DNA from: Escherichia phage vB-Eco-KMB43
Strand: one strand, 5' to 3'
Sequence record: OR525698.1
Length of the DNA: 64,000 nucleotides
Part shown: in pieces, positions 56,261-64,000 of the stretch
Layout of the letters: each line of letters starts with the position of its first letter
Numbering within the stretch: position 1 is the stretch's first letter
Position numbers and translations under genes: made by a program
Notes under the pieces: model-generated
Databases searched by the model: none
The model's input: only the letters and a program-made list of their open reading frames with translations
Told to the model about the DNA's origin: nothing

Positions 56261-56433
56261 TCACCAAACAAATAAGAAAAAAGCCATATCAACAGAAACG
56301 AGGCAATTGATCCGACAAGCAAAATGATATTAGAGAATCCGCCGTCTATCCAGGCGACAAAACAGAATACACCAGTATAGAAGCATAAACCCATTACAAA
56401 ACATACTATAAGCAACCATAGACAAAACGCCAT
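56245..56433 (-). CDS. small membrane protein (62 aa)
   Basis: two TM helices. Confidence 0.3.
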   Translation of the reverse strand: MAFCLWLLIVCFVMGLCFYTGVFCFVAWIDGGFSNIILLVGSIASFLLIWLFSYLFGEWDLL

Positions 56434-56494
56434 AGAAAGCCCTCCAGTGAGCTAATTTAGTGCGGGTAGTACATTACCCTACCCGTATTGTTAA

Positions 56495-56653
56495 TCATCG
56501 CAGAGCTTCTTCTAGCGCGATCCCAAACCATCCACAAACAACGCCCATACAGACAGCTACAAGAAGATTCATTCTCTCTTTAGGGATCATTGCAATCATA
56601 ACAACAACCATACAGAAAGCCATTACCATTGAAGTTAACATTTGTTCAACCAT
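56495..56653 (-). CDS. small membrane protein (52 aa, below ORF-track cutoff)
   Basis: hand-translated MVEQMLTSMVMAFCMVVVMIAMIPKE... Confidence 0.25.
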   Translation of the reverse strand: MVEQMLTSMVMAFCMVVVMIAMIPKERMNLLVAVCMGVVCGWFGIALEEALR

Positions 56654-56656
56654 TTA

Positions 56657-56995
56657 TCACACCTTTAAAGTCATAGACGCATAAACATTAATGCCAGGCC
56701 AGTTAGGATCGCAATTATACTCAACATCCCACAAATAAAGCGGTTTAGATGTATCAGCCAAGTTTTTAAAATCTTCTACCCACATTTCAAGGCTATATGA
56801 TGGATAAACTAGGCTATCATATCCGCCGTAACGTTGGCCTACTGGTCGGTCAGTAAAAACTACCTCAAGATCCGGTAATTCTTTTTCAAGGATAACCGCC
56901 AGCGCATAAATCAGACGGTCTTCCTTGTTACGCTGCCGAAGGACCGTTGTCAGTTGGTTTTTCTGGTTCACTAGCAAGCACCTCCACATTTTCAC
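56657..56995 (-). CDS. hypothetical protein (112 aa)
   Basis: ORF in accessory array. Confidence 0.35.
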   Translation of the reverse strand: MKMWRCLLVNQKNQLTTVLRQRNKEDRLIYALAVILEKELPDLEVVFTDRPVGQRYGGYDSLVYPSYSLEMWVEDFKNLADTSKPLYLWDVEYNCDPNWPGINVYASMTLKV

Positions 56996-57248
56996 AGAAT
57001 GAAATTTTCACAGACACAATTTTACCATAAGTGAAGAATGAATATACATTATCGAGATATTCAACGTCACCTACAATCACATCAAACTGCGGATCAGCAA
57101 CCACCGCAACATATTCTACCAGTTCATCAAGAGAATGCAACTTAATTTCATCAATTCGGCTGTATTTGGTCGCATCTTTAATTTTAAAACCAAGTTCTTT
57201 CAGCTTGTCAATCAGAATTTCACGCGGAGTTTCAAACAGTTTGCTCAT
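56928..57248 (-). CDS. hypothetical protein (106 aa)
   Basis: ORF; 3' overlap with next ORF. Confidence 0.35.
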   Translation of the reverse strand: MSKLFETPREILIDKLKELGFKIKDATKYSRIDEIKLHSLDELVEYVAVVADPQFDVIVGDVEYLDNVYSFFTYGKIVSVKISFCENVEVLASEPEKPTDNGPSAA

Positions 57249-57269
57249 AATATAATCCTCACATTAAAT

Positions 57270-57470
57270 CTAAAATTTGTTAACGACGAATTGCATAATT
57301 AGACTAATCACAAACATTGCAAACCAAGTATAAATGCAACAGATAAAAGCTACATACAATTCAATCTGGTCAGAGAATACACCGGGTAAAAGCATTAGCA
57401 AAATAACAACAGTAAAGACGCTAGCGATACCCGCAACAAAACCAATATCATTTTTACTAATCGTCATCAA
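57270..57470 (-). CDS. small membrane protein (66 aa)
   Basis: two TM helices. Confidence 0.3.
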   Translation of the reverse strand: MMTISKNDIGFVAGIASVFTVVILLMLLPGVFSDQIELYVAFICCIYTWFAMFVISLIMQFVVNKF

Positions 57471-57664
57471 GTCACCGTTTTGTAAAGAAACACAATAAAA
57501 TCCCAGACAAAAAAGACAGTGAAAATAATCATCGTCAAGACAATAAACACTGTCAGATTTTCATCGTTAGTTAATTCATGACCGTCCATCCATATAATCA
57601 CCAGATAAAACATCGAAATCAAGGAGGCGAATACCAAATTATAAAACTCTTCCTTTAATGACAT
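57467..57664 (-). CDS. small membrane protein (65 aa)
   Basis: two TM helices. Confidence 0.3.
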   Translation of the reverse strand: MSLKEEFYNLVFASLISMFYLVIIWMDGHELTNDENLTVFIVLTMIIFTVFFVWDFIVFLYKTVT

Positions 57665-57665
57665 A

Positions 57666-57848
57666 CTACACCTCGTCGCGGCTTAAGTCAACAGCAATTG
57701 CATACAGCATAATTAATATGCTAGCAGATCCGAGAATCAATGCACCCTCACATTTTGAAACTCGCTCATCAAAATGTAACATTATCCATCCGAGGATGTT
57801 AAAGGCGCAGACCGCGCCTATGTTCGCTAACCAATTAATCTTTTTCAT
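57666..57848 (-). CDS. small membrane protein (60 aa)
   Basis: two TM helices. Confidence 0.3.
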   Translation of the reverse strand: MKKINWLANIGAVCAFNILGWIMLHFDERVSKCEGALILGSASILIMLYAIAVDLSRDEV

Positions 57849-57856
57849 AATATACC

Positions 57857-58183
57857 TTAGAAAGAAACAGTTTTCAAGAAATCCAGATTTTTAGTACCGA
57901 AAACAGAAAAGTAGTGTTCTCCTTTTTCGGTTTTAGAGAAAGCGATTGTCTTCTCTACATGGTGACGGAAGCCAGACAGACGATCACCCAGGTCAAGGCG
58001 GCAAGCGTAAGTAGTGCCGTTTTCGAAAGTAACCTCGATTTGAGTTTTGTCATATTCGCTTTCATAGGCTTTTGCTGCTGCGTCCTGTGCTTTACGCTCG
58101 AAGTCTTCGAAGTGGAATACTTCGTTTGCGTTAGCGAATACAGAAGATTCAGAGAAGATAACTTTAACAGATACTGGTTTCAT
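57857..58183 (-). CDS. hypothetical protein (108 aa)
   Basis: ORF with AGGAGTATCAAA RBS and promoter cassette. Confidence 0.4.
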   Translation of the reverse strand: MKPVSVKVIFSESSVFANANEVFHFEDFERKAQDAAAKAYESEYDKTQIEVTFENGTTYACRLDLGDRLSGFRHHVEKTIAFSKTEKGEHYFSVFGTKNLDFLKTVSF

Positions 58184-58225
58184 TTTGATACTCCTTAGTA
58201 GTTCGTGTTTCGTTTCGATGGGTGT

Positions 58226-58254
58226 ATTATGCTATACACCCTCTCTCGTGTCAA
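58226..58254 (-). promoter_or_regulatory. promoter-hairpin cassette (TTGACA, 17 nt, CATAAT in loop of GGGTGTAT/ATACACCC stem)
   Basis: perfect 8 bp stem 58220-58241. Confidence 0.5.
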
Positions 58255-58262
58255 CAACTTTT

Positions 58263-58451
58263 TTAGTCTTTTTTCATAATTTCTAGAGCTGTTTCTACAG
58301 CACCTTTCCAACCCTCCCACATAATGGACATAGTAAGGAAGTTAAAGCACCCGCAGGAATCAACCTTTTTAGAGATAAACCATTCTACAAACGCTTCGCT
58401 CATACCATGCTCTTTAGCGGATTCGCGTAATTGTTCAATTTGGTCTTCCAT
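58263..58451 (-). CDS. hypothetical protein (62 aa)
   Basis: small ORF. Confidence 0.3.
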   Translation of the reverse strand: MEDQIEQLRESAKEHGMSEAFVEWFISKKVDSCGCFNFLTMSIMWEGWKGAVETALEIMKKD

Positions 58452-58473
58452 AGTATCACCTCAACACTTAACG

Positions 58474-58668
58474 TTATTCAAACTCAAACGGTCTATTCAA
58501 CCTATTGTAAAAGTACATATAACAAGCAAAATTATGCTTTGGCTGTACCGTATCAGATAGACACGCTTTTACAGCCTCGCGGTCCGATGGGTCTACACCC
58601 TCAGCTTTAAGTAATGCTAAAATCTGGTTATAGCGTACTCTTAGTTGTACTAATGGTTTATCCCCCAT
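58474..58668 (-). CDS. hypothetical protein (64 aa)
   Basis: small ORF. Confidence 0.3.
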   Translation of the reverse strand: MGDKPLVQLRVRYNQILALLKAEGVDPSDREAVKACLSDTVQPKHNFACYMYFYNRLNRPFEFE

Positions 58669-58677
58669 ATTACCCCC

Positions 58678-58905
58678 TTATAGTTGATCAGCAATGTATG
58701 CGGTGCATTTGCGGAGTTTAGCCATAGCACCACCTTTCATGTCGCTTGCGCCTACAATGTTCATGATCTCTAAGCGATCAGCCGGATTCAGTCTAGTAGC
58801 CCAGATCTGGTTAGCCAGTTCCATTTTACCCATCTGCGGTTCCATCTCAAACATTTCACGCTCAAAGTCGATAATTTCTTTTGCTGCGTCTTTAAAGTTA
58901 ATCAT
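58678..58905 (-). CDS. hypothetical protein (75 aa)
   Basis: small ORF. Confidence 0.3.
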   Translation of the reverse strand: MINFKDAAKEIIDFEREMFEMEPQMGKMELANQIWATRLNPADRLEIMNIVGASDMKGGAMAKLRKCTAYIADQL

Positions 58906-58971
58906 TTTGGTCCTCCCGTTTCGTTGATGGTTGTATTGTAGGGGAGTTATCCTCCCATGTCAACACTTTTA

Positions 58972-59157
58972 TCAGAAATATGCAATATAGTTTGCCAGTC
59001 CTACAGAGTCATCATTCGGCATTGCTTTTACCGCCAGTTCAAACCCTGCTTCAACTTTCTGTTTAGCGGATTCTTCGTTATAACCCCAGATGACCAGAAT
59101 AGCTACTACGTTTTCTTTGCTTACTGCTTTCAGTGCTTTAGTGATGCGACGTGCCAT
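58972..59157 (-). CDS. hypothetical protein (61 aa)
   Basis: small ORF with promoter cassette upstream. Confidence 0.3.
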   Translation of the reverse strand: MARRITKALKAVSKENVVAILVIWGYNEESAKQKVEAGFELAVKAMPNDDSVGLANYIAYF

Positions 59158-59203
59158 AATTTGATTCTCCGTTTAAGAAAGCGTGTTTCGTTTCGATGGG
59201 TGT

Positions 59204-59232
59204 ATTATGCTATAGGCGTGATCTGGTGTCAA
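59204..59232 (-). promoter_or_regulatory. early promoter (TTGACA, 17 nt, CATAAT)
   Basis: downstream of terminator 59254-59286. Confidence 0.5.
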
Positions 59233-59253
59233 CAACTTTTTTAAAAAAATTTT

Positions 59254-59286
59254 AGGCAATAAAAAAGCCACTCCGAAGAGTGGCTT
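59254..59286 (-). terminator. rho-independent terminator closing the ORF-free stretch 59287-59434
   Basis: GCCACTC-TTCG-GAGTGGC hairpin then TTTTTTATT. Confidence 0.6.
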
Positions 59287-59434
59287 ATAGGGAAGGTAGC
59301 GAATCTTCCTTGTCTCCAACCTGCTAGCGGCCTAGCAAGTGAATGCTTTAGCGTACCGGATCACCCCATACGCTGTAATAAATGCGGCTAGGTGACGTCC
59401 AAATCATTCTAACCGCGCTGTCTTTAGTTCACTA

Positions 59435-59653
59435 TTATTTATATCGCTTTCTCTCGCGACGTTTTTGATCTTCTTCCTTGATAGAGTTAAACGCATCAAA
59501 AAGACACATGACACTGATAATGAACATAACCGTATTTTCTACGATATCCCACGGCTTCGCATCAGTACAGATCCCCCAAACGGTAAGAAATGCAAATAGT
59601 GCAGAAGAGATCACAAGCATGATACTTGCTAAGATATAAAAAGTCATTTTCAT
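59435..59653 (-). CDS. small membrane protein (72 aa)
   Basis: two TM helices, basic C-terminus. Confidence 0.3.
   Translation of the reverse strand: MKMTFYILASIMLVISSALFAFLTVWGICTDAKPWDIVENTVMFIISVMCLFDAFNSIKEEDQKRRERKRYK
59436..59443 (-). promoter_or_regulatory. T4-type late promoter motif TATAAATA facing an ORF-free stretch
   Basis: overlaps stop codon of ORF 59435-59653. Confidence 0.35.
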
Positions 59654-59844
59654 GGTTTTACCTCAATTCTTCGATATTCATCACACATCCACGCAGTAAG
59701 CAAGAATCCCAGCACATAAGCAACAAAATACGTTAATGCTTCTTCTGGTTCGGTGCTATGCGCCATCATCAGACCAGCGAGAAAGGTCTTAACAATTACA
59801 TTTAAAATAATTAGCCACGCAAATAATTTCATCGTTTGCCCCAT
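59650..59844 (-). CDS. small membrane protein (64 aa)
   Basis: two TM helices. Confidence 0.3.
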   Translation of the reverse strand: MGQTMKLFAWLIILNVIVKTFLAGLMMAHSTEPEEALTYFVAYVLGFLLTAWMCDEYRRIEVKP

Positions 59845-60068
59845 TTCGGTCGAGTCTTTTCAAACTTATACATCCCGTAACAATCTCGAATCATCCACGT
59901 AACAAGAGCACCAGTCAACACAGACAATACACAGAAGAAGTAAAACGGTCCGGTTGCATTATCAACATGAGCAAGCCAGGTAAAGAAAACACATGCTAAG
60001 AATGTGAAGAACATCATAAAACACAAGAAAGCAAAATATTTTATGCTACTCATAGCGCCACCATACAA
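59829..60068 (-). CDS. small membrane protein (79 aa)
   Basis: two TM helices. Confidence 0.3.
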   Translation of the reverse strand: MYGGAMSSIKYFAFLCFMMFFTFLACVFFTWLAHVDNATGPFYFFCVLSVLTGALVTWMIRDCYGMYKFEKTRPKWGKR

Positions 60069-60156
60069 CAGATCATAAGAAAACCCAACGCAATAAGAAT
60101 TGCATCAAATTTAGTGAACTCCGGTCCACATATCAACATCATTCGTTCCTGTTCAT

Positions 60157-60399
60157 TCATAGATCACAGAGCCATCTTAAAGCACCACATAAAGCGAGCA
60201 GAATACTAGGTATAAACGAGATCAAAACAAGTTTGCAAAAATCATCTAAGGTAATACCGGAATAGATACCAACTGTAACAACACCGATCATCAGACACAG
60301 AAAGAAAACAAATGCAATCAGAAACAAAGTATTGCTAAACAGTTTAGTGATCATTAGACACCCCACGACGATCAATTTCAAAAACTTTTTTATCATCAA
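60157..60399 (-). CDS. small membrane protein (80 aa)
   Basis: two or three TM helices. Confidence 0.3.
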   Translation of the reverse strand: MMIKKFLKLIVVGCLMITKLFSNTLFLIAFVFFLCLMIGVVTVGIYSGITLDDFCKLVLISFIPSILLALCGALRWLCDL

Positions 60400-60547
60400 C
60401 GAAGCATGTCACAACTGCCTCGTTGACTTCCGCAAATTGTTGTGTTACCCACTTAAGGTCAGAGCGAAACAATGTTCTATTAATAACAAATGTTTTACCT
60501 TTCTTATCCATACCCATAAATTTTGCTTTAACCATATCCAATTCCAT
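60344..60547 (-). CDS. hypothetical protein (67 aa)
   Basis: small ORF. Confidence 0.3.
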   Translation of the reverse strand: MELDMVKAKFMGMDKKGKTFVINRTLFRSDLKWVTQQFAEVNEAVVTCFVDDKKVFEIDRRGVSNDH

Positions 60548-60553
60548 ATTATC

Positions 60554-60715
60554 ACCTTATTTGCTAATCGCTAAACCCAATCCGAAGAGAGCACCCGATG
60601 CTACAGTATACCCGAAAGTTTCAAAGGCAGTAAAGATATCTAAGCCGCCAGCTAACAGAGTTGCAGTAAACAGAGTACCAGCTACGAACATAAAAGTTTT
60701 ACCGATAAATTTCAT
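60554..60715 (-). CDS. small membrane protein (53 aa, below ORF-track cutoff)
   Basis: hand-translated MKFIGKTFMFVAGTLFTATLLAGGLDIF...; AGGAGAATCAAA RBS. Confidence 0.3.
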
Positions 60716-60747
60716 TTTGATTCTCCTTTCGTTTGTTTGTGGGGGGT

Positions 60748-60776
60748 ATCTTACTACCCCCGTTTCATGTTGTCAA
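60748..60776 (-). promoter_or_regulatory. promoter-hairpin cassette (TTGACA; TAAGAT in loop of GGGGGTA/TACCCCC stem)
   Basis: same architecture. Confidence 0.45.
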
Positions 60777-60782
60777 CTGTTT

Positions 60783-61157
60783 TTAAGAAAATTTTACTTC
60801 GTCTACAATGTCTTTCATGACATTGATTTCCATTCCGGTCAGAACACGTTGGAACATGTGCTGCACATACGCTTTCAGGTATTCATTTGATGGCTTGCTA
60901 TCGAAAGTCTTTTTAGTGTAGTAGTCATCACCGAAAGCTACTGTAATTACATTTTCGTCGTCGTTCCAAGCGATATAAGCAAATTTGCCGTTATCCCAGA
61001 AGCGAGCACTAATTGCTACTTTTGTTGAATCGAATCCTACTTCGCTGTGAGATTCAAGAACTACTTGCGTGCCAGTTTCTTTATGAATGTAGTAGCGGGA
61101 TACTAAGTCAAAGTTACGGGTGTAGTGACATTCGAATTTATCTTTAAACATCATCAT
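60783..61157 (-). CDS. hypothetical protein (124 aa)
   Basis: ORF with GGAGAATCAAAAA RBS, promoter and terminator cassette upstream. Confidence 0.4.
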   Translation of the reverse strand: MMMFKDKFECHYTRNFDLVSRYYIHKETGTQVVLESHSEVGFDSTKVAISARFWDNGKFAYIAWNDDENVITVAFGDDYYTKKTFDSKPSNEYLKAYVQHMFQRVLTGMEINVMKDIVDEVKFS

Positions 61158-61195
61158 TTTTGATTCTCCTAAGTGTGTTTCGTTTCGATATGTGC

Positions 61196-61224
61196 ATTAT
61201 GCTATAGTCGTTTATGGTTGTCAA
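61196..61224 (-). promoter_or_regulatory. early promoter (TTGACA, 17 nt, CATAAT)
   Basis: downstream of terminator 61228-61262. Confidence 0.5.
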
Positions 61225-61227
61225 CAC

Positions 61228-61262
61228 CTAAAAACAAAAAACCCCGAAAAATTTTTCGGGGT
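61228..61262 (-). terminator. rho-independent terminator after 57B-like gene
   Basis: perfect palindrome CCCCGAAAAATTTTTCGGGG then TTTTTTGTTTTT. Confidence 0.6.
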
Positions 61263-61268
61263 ATAGAA

Positions 61269-61733
61269 TTACAGTTTGGTCGTCCACTCCAGGTCTAGAT
61301 CTTCGACATACTCATGAGATCGGACAATCTCTAAATCGAACTCAAGGTCAGTGCCAAATTTACGCGCACCAACATCATAAGAAAGCGTGATATGCGGTAC
61401 ATATTCAGGATAATCCCACGTCGCACCTAAAGCAGTGCCGATATCGTGTCTGAATTGCATGTAGTCGCTTTCAAATGCCAGCACAAGCGCATTAGTACCG
61501 GATTGAGTTTCAAACACTTTCAGATGGCATAGAGAGCCTAAGAACTTCTCCCCTTCTTCTGGGATAAACGGAACATAGACACGAGAATATAAGATAGTGC
61601 TATGCAGTTTATCACGAGGAACGGCATTAGGCAGATCGTAGAACTCCTGCAATTTTTCAATGCGGTCTAGTGTATCCTCAGTGAATTTAACCGCCGCATA
61701 TGTACCTTTAACGGATTCTCTAAACGGGGTCAT
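61269..61733 (-). CDS. 57B: 2H-phosphoesterase family protein, Acb1-like (T4 57B position)
   Basis: two H-x-T/S-x motifs (HSTILYS, HITLSYD); immediately upstream of 57A and gene 1; ATG at 61733. Confidence 0.6.
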   Translation of the reverse strand: MTPFRESVKGTYAAVKFTEDTLDRIEKLQEFYDLPNAVPRDKLHSTILYSRVYVPFIPEEGEKFLGSLCHLKVFETQSGTNALVLAFESDYMQFRHDIGTALGATWDYPEYVPHITLSYDVGARKFGTDLEFDLEIVRSHEYVEDLDLEWTTKL

Positions 61734-61735
61734 AA

Positions 61736-61996
61736 TCAAGCCTCCGTGATCAGTTCTACTTCCTCTTCTGCTTCTTCTGCGGCTTCGTCTTTAGGGAGAA
61801 GTGCTTTCACTTCTTCGACGATAGCATCAAGGGAAACAGTCCCGTTTTCGTCTGGCTGAATACCCAGAATGCGTACCAGTTCCATCAATACACGCTCACG
61901 ATCTTTCAGTTGGCCTTCTAAGAATGCGGCCTTTTCTTGAGTGTCAAACAGACGTACTTTCAGGACATTAATCATTTGTTCATGCTGATTGGACAT
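61736..61996 (-). CDS. 57A: tail fiber assembly chaperone gp57A-like
   Basis: about 86 aa acidic helical protein between 57B-like gene and gene 1; ATG at 61996 (track start is GTG). Confidence 0.6.
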   Translation of the reverse strand: MSNQHEQMINVLKVRLFDTQEKAAFLEGQLKDRERVLMELVRILGIQPDENGTVSLDAIVEEVKALLPKDEAAEEAEEEVELITEA

Positions 61997-62028
61997 ATTC
62001 ACATCTCCTACTTGTTGATAACTTTTTA

Positions 62029-62685
62029 TTAAATGTTCGCGAGAATCGCGCTTTCAAATTCTTCTAATGTACCATTATTTATGATAATGGTTTCACTGTC
62101 AATAGGCAAAATTCCTTTTTCGGTGGAGTGAGTCGATACAATACCAGTATCACGCTGAATATGCAACACCTTAGCACCCATAGCACGCACGAGAGCAATT
62201 TCAATAGGCTGACGCACATCAACCACTACAAAATAACCTTCTTCATTTTTGCGCTTCATAAACTCATTAACGAAGAGATTACACCAATAAAGCGGATTGA
62301 TCAAGTTAACCATTATATCAGTACCGAGAGTGGTTAACATGAGACGAATAGACCAGACGTTATTATGTTTTTCGCCAATCTCATTAACGACCTTGTAAAT
62401 CTCAGCCAGACGATCACAAGTAAAGGAACTACCTCCATACTTCGAATCTAGCATAAGCAGACACTGAATAAACCACTTATGCGCGGTATAGGTATCAATA
62501 CCTAGATCGGATTCTCTGTCACGCCCTAACCCGTCAAAGTCAAGATAAGTCAGACCTAAGTCTGGTTGACATTCGCACAATATTTCTTTGATCGGTGCTG
62601 CCAGTTGATAACTATGTCCATCAATGATTAACGCGGCAGTGTCTTTTCCTACTCGCTTTTTACCACAAAGTGCAATCAATTTCAT
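62029..62685 (-). CDS. 1: deoxynucleoside monophosphate kinase
   Basis: MKLIALCGKKRVGKDT P-loop and LGTD...RQ..E...RAMGA align with T4 gp1. Confidence 0.8.
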   Translation of the reverse strand: MKLIALCGKKRVGKDTAALIIDGHSYQLAAPIKEILCECQPDLGLTYLDFDGLGRDRESDLGIDTYTAHKWFIQCLLMLDSKYGGSSFTCDRLAEIYKVVNEIGEKHNNVWSIRLMLTTLGTDIMVNLINPLYWCNLFVNEFMKRKNEEGYFVVVDVRQPIEIALVRAMGAKVLHIQRDTGIVSTHSTEKGILPIDSETIIINNGTLEEFESAILANI

Positions 62686-62700
62686 TATATAAGCCTCTTA

Positions 62701-63291
62701 TTACTTTCTAAAAGCAGGGTGCATAGCTTTAATACCTTCCACCCGCTGACGATCCGCCGCCTGAATTGCTGGGCGAGGAACGATCAGTTGACCATCACGT
62801 TCAATGCTCATTGTTTTAAAGGGAAGAATTGCAGTACACACCAGAGATTCATGCATATCATCGGTGTATGTTAACTCAAGTTCCCCCAATTGTGAACACC
62901 AACAACCATAAAAGTTAAAAGTGCACACAATGTTACGTCGTTCGTTGTCCATCATGTGAACTTGAACGGCTTCCGGCATTGAATCCTTCCACGCAGTGGA
63001 GTTACCGTTATTGTAGTCTACTATAGAAAGCATCCATGTGTAAAGGTTTAGATAACTTTCCAAATGCTCATCGACAATAAACCGGACTACCAACGGGTCA
63101 AACTCCACATGACTAGAAGGATAATCAGCAACCGCCAAACCATATTGACCAGCAACTTGCTTAGTCGGTGGAATGGTTATAGCCGGAAGTGTAACACCTT
63201 GAGCATTTAAAGTAAAGCCTTTTGTTAGTTGTCCATCTGGAATATTGATCTGCCAGTTGCTGGGGTTAGCATAGTTAAAGAGATTGGACAT
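62701..63291 (-). CDS. probable tail completion protein (gp3-like late gene)
   Basis: 196 aa ORF following gene 1 as gene 3 does in T4; TAATAAATA late-promoter-like motif 22 nt upstream. Confidence 0.4.
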   Translation of the reverse strand: MSNLFNYANPSNWQINIPDGQLTKGFTLNAQGVTLPAITIPPTKQVAGQYGLAVADYPSSHVEFDPLVVRFIVDEHLESYLNLYTWMLSIVDYNNGNSTAWKDSMPEAVQVHMMDNERRNIVCTFNFYGCWCSQLGELELTYTDDMHESLVCTAILPFKTMSIERDGQLIVPRPAIQAADRQRVEGIKAMHPAFRK

Positions 63292-63312
63292 TTTCGATTC
63301 CTCAAATGAAAA

Positions 63313-63321
63313 TATTTATTA
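63313..63321 (-). promoter_or_regulatory. late-promoter-like motif TAATAAATA upstream of gp3-like gene
   Basis: 22 nt upstream of ATG at 63291. Confidence 0.35.
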
Positions 63322-63445
63322 ACAATTGTCGCTTTGCGACGTGCCGGAGGCACTGACTACTTTTTAACCGAAACAAATTTCTATTATTCTAAAGATCTTT
63401 CTTCGTTTTGGTTATGTTTTAACCAATAACTATATTTTTATACAG

Positions 63446-63454
63446 TAATAAATA
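63446..63454 (+). promoter_or_regulatory. late-promoter-like motif TAATAAATA upstream of plus-strand ORF
   Basis: 26 nt upstream of ATG at 63481. Confidence 0.3.
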
Positions 63455-63480
63455 AAACGGGTACTATACGAGGACTTCTT

Positions 63481-63735
63481 ATGACAGAAGACATTTTGTT
63501 AAAACTCTATGATCGTTTGGATAACGAATTAGCAACATTGCGGGGTGAAGTTCTCTATTTGTCTAAATGCAATACAGATCTGCTTAAGCAGATTGCAGAA
63601 AGGGATGATCAAATAAAATCCCTTTCAGGTGCATTACGTGATCGCGACAAGGCATTAGAGATTTTACAGCGTGTTACCAATAAGGAAGAATTAAAAGACT
63701 TCTTACATGGTTATGCTCATGCTATCGATCTATAA
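63481..63735 (+). CDS. hypothetical coiled-coil protein (84 aa)
   Basis: only plausible plus-strand gene; GAGGA RBS, late-promoter-like TAATAAATA upstream, hairpin downstream. Confidence 0.45.
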   Translation: MTEDILLKLYDRLDNELATLRGEVLYLSKCNTDLLKQIAERDDQIKSLSGALRDRDKALEILQRVTNKEELKDFLHGYAHAIDL

Positions 63736-63740
63736 TAAAA

Positions 63741-63772
63741 AAAAGCCCGTCAATGACGGGCTTAATGTTATG
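63741..63772. terminator. bidirectional terminator hairpin
   Basis: GCCCGTC-AAT-GACGGGC flanked by an A-run on plus (T-run on minus) and TTAATGTT. Confidence 0.5.
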
Positions 63773-63983
63773 CATCCTTCCAAACTTTCCTTGCGTCGTA
63801 TTTCTTGCCTTTTGACATAAACTGATATGTCGGCATATAGATAATATTGCTCCAGTCTTTCGGGCTAATCTCAACAAGTTTTGTTTTAATGTGTCCCGGT
63901 AGATATGCTTTGATCATGTGGTCACTACCACGCATACCTTTTACATCGCTCCATTTGATTTTTAAGCGTGTTTTATTGCTCAA
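63768..63983 (-). CDS. hypothetical protein (71 aa)
   Basis: ORF followed by strong hairpin plus T-run. Confidence 0.35.
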   Translation of the reverse strand: MSNKTRLKIKWSDVKGMRGSDHMIKAYLPGHIKTKLVEISPKDWSNIIYMPTYQFMSKGKKYDARKVWKDA

Positions 63984-64000
63984 GGTAGGAGTAGATGCAT

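Noticed and set aside
55658-56433. Calling the small membrane proteins upstream of the endolysin a holin/antiholin pair
   Set aside because: T4-like phages normally use a large holin (gene t) encoded elsewhere, and these ORFs show no dual-start motif or other distinguishing feature; reported only as unassigned membrane proteins.
59287-59434. tRNA gene in the ORF-free stretch
   Set aside because: No canonical T-loop (GTTCRANYC) with a 5 bp stem, and no acceptor/anticodon arrangement, could be fitted by eye; retained only as a generic small-RNA candidate.
60423-60890. Plus-strand ORFs of 60-170 aa (for example 60423-60890, 27436-27948, 796-1146, 2259-2591, 49302-49652)
   Set aside because: All lie antisense within or across well-supported minus-strand genes, lack an RBS, and have low-complexity or hydrophobic translations typical of shadow ORFs. 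Only 63481-63735 on the plus strand has promoter, RBS and terminator support.
25898-61262. CRISPR array suggested by recurring GC-rich palindromes and TTGACA-containing repeats
   Set aside because: The repeats are irregularly spaced (hundreds to thousands of nt), each lies in an intergenic spacer with promoter hexamers, and the sequences vary. They are promoter-hairpin cassettes, not a repeat-spacer array.

Overview
This 64 kb window is a segment of a T4-like myovirus genome, transcribed almost entirely from the minus strand. Conserved replication, recombination and nucleotide-metabolism genes appear in T4 order: rIIA, 39, dexA, dda, 56, 61, 41, uvsX, 43, regA, 62, 44, 45, 46, 47, 55, nrdG, nrdD, 49, nrdC, dam, tk, regB, 57B (Acb1-like), 57A, 1 and a gp3-like late gene. 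Between them lie many small accessory ORFs. Gene 39 is a continuous 607 aa ORF (no gene 60 split), and no dCMP hydroxymethylase or glucosyltransferase genes sit between 43 and uvsX or between 47 and 55, so this looks like a cytosine-unmodified, RB49-like lineage (inference). Intergenic spacers carry a recurring cassette: a sigma70-like early promoter (TTGACA, about 17 nt, TATAAT-like) with a GC-rich hairpin in the spacer or around the -10, often preceded by a rho-independent terminator. The most notable accessory content is a TARG1/DarG-like macro domain protein, a pol-beta-type nucleotidyltransferase next to a GrcA-like glycyl radical protein, a P-loop NTPase module, two clusters of an expanded paralogous family flanking the anaerobic nrd genes, arrays of tiny membrane proteins, three HNH homing endonucleases, and two ORF-free stretches that may encode small RNAs. 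All calls rest on reading the translated ORFs and the sequence by eye; no database search was run, and start codons are approximate where the ORF track begins with GTG or TTG.
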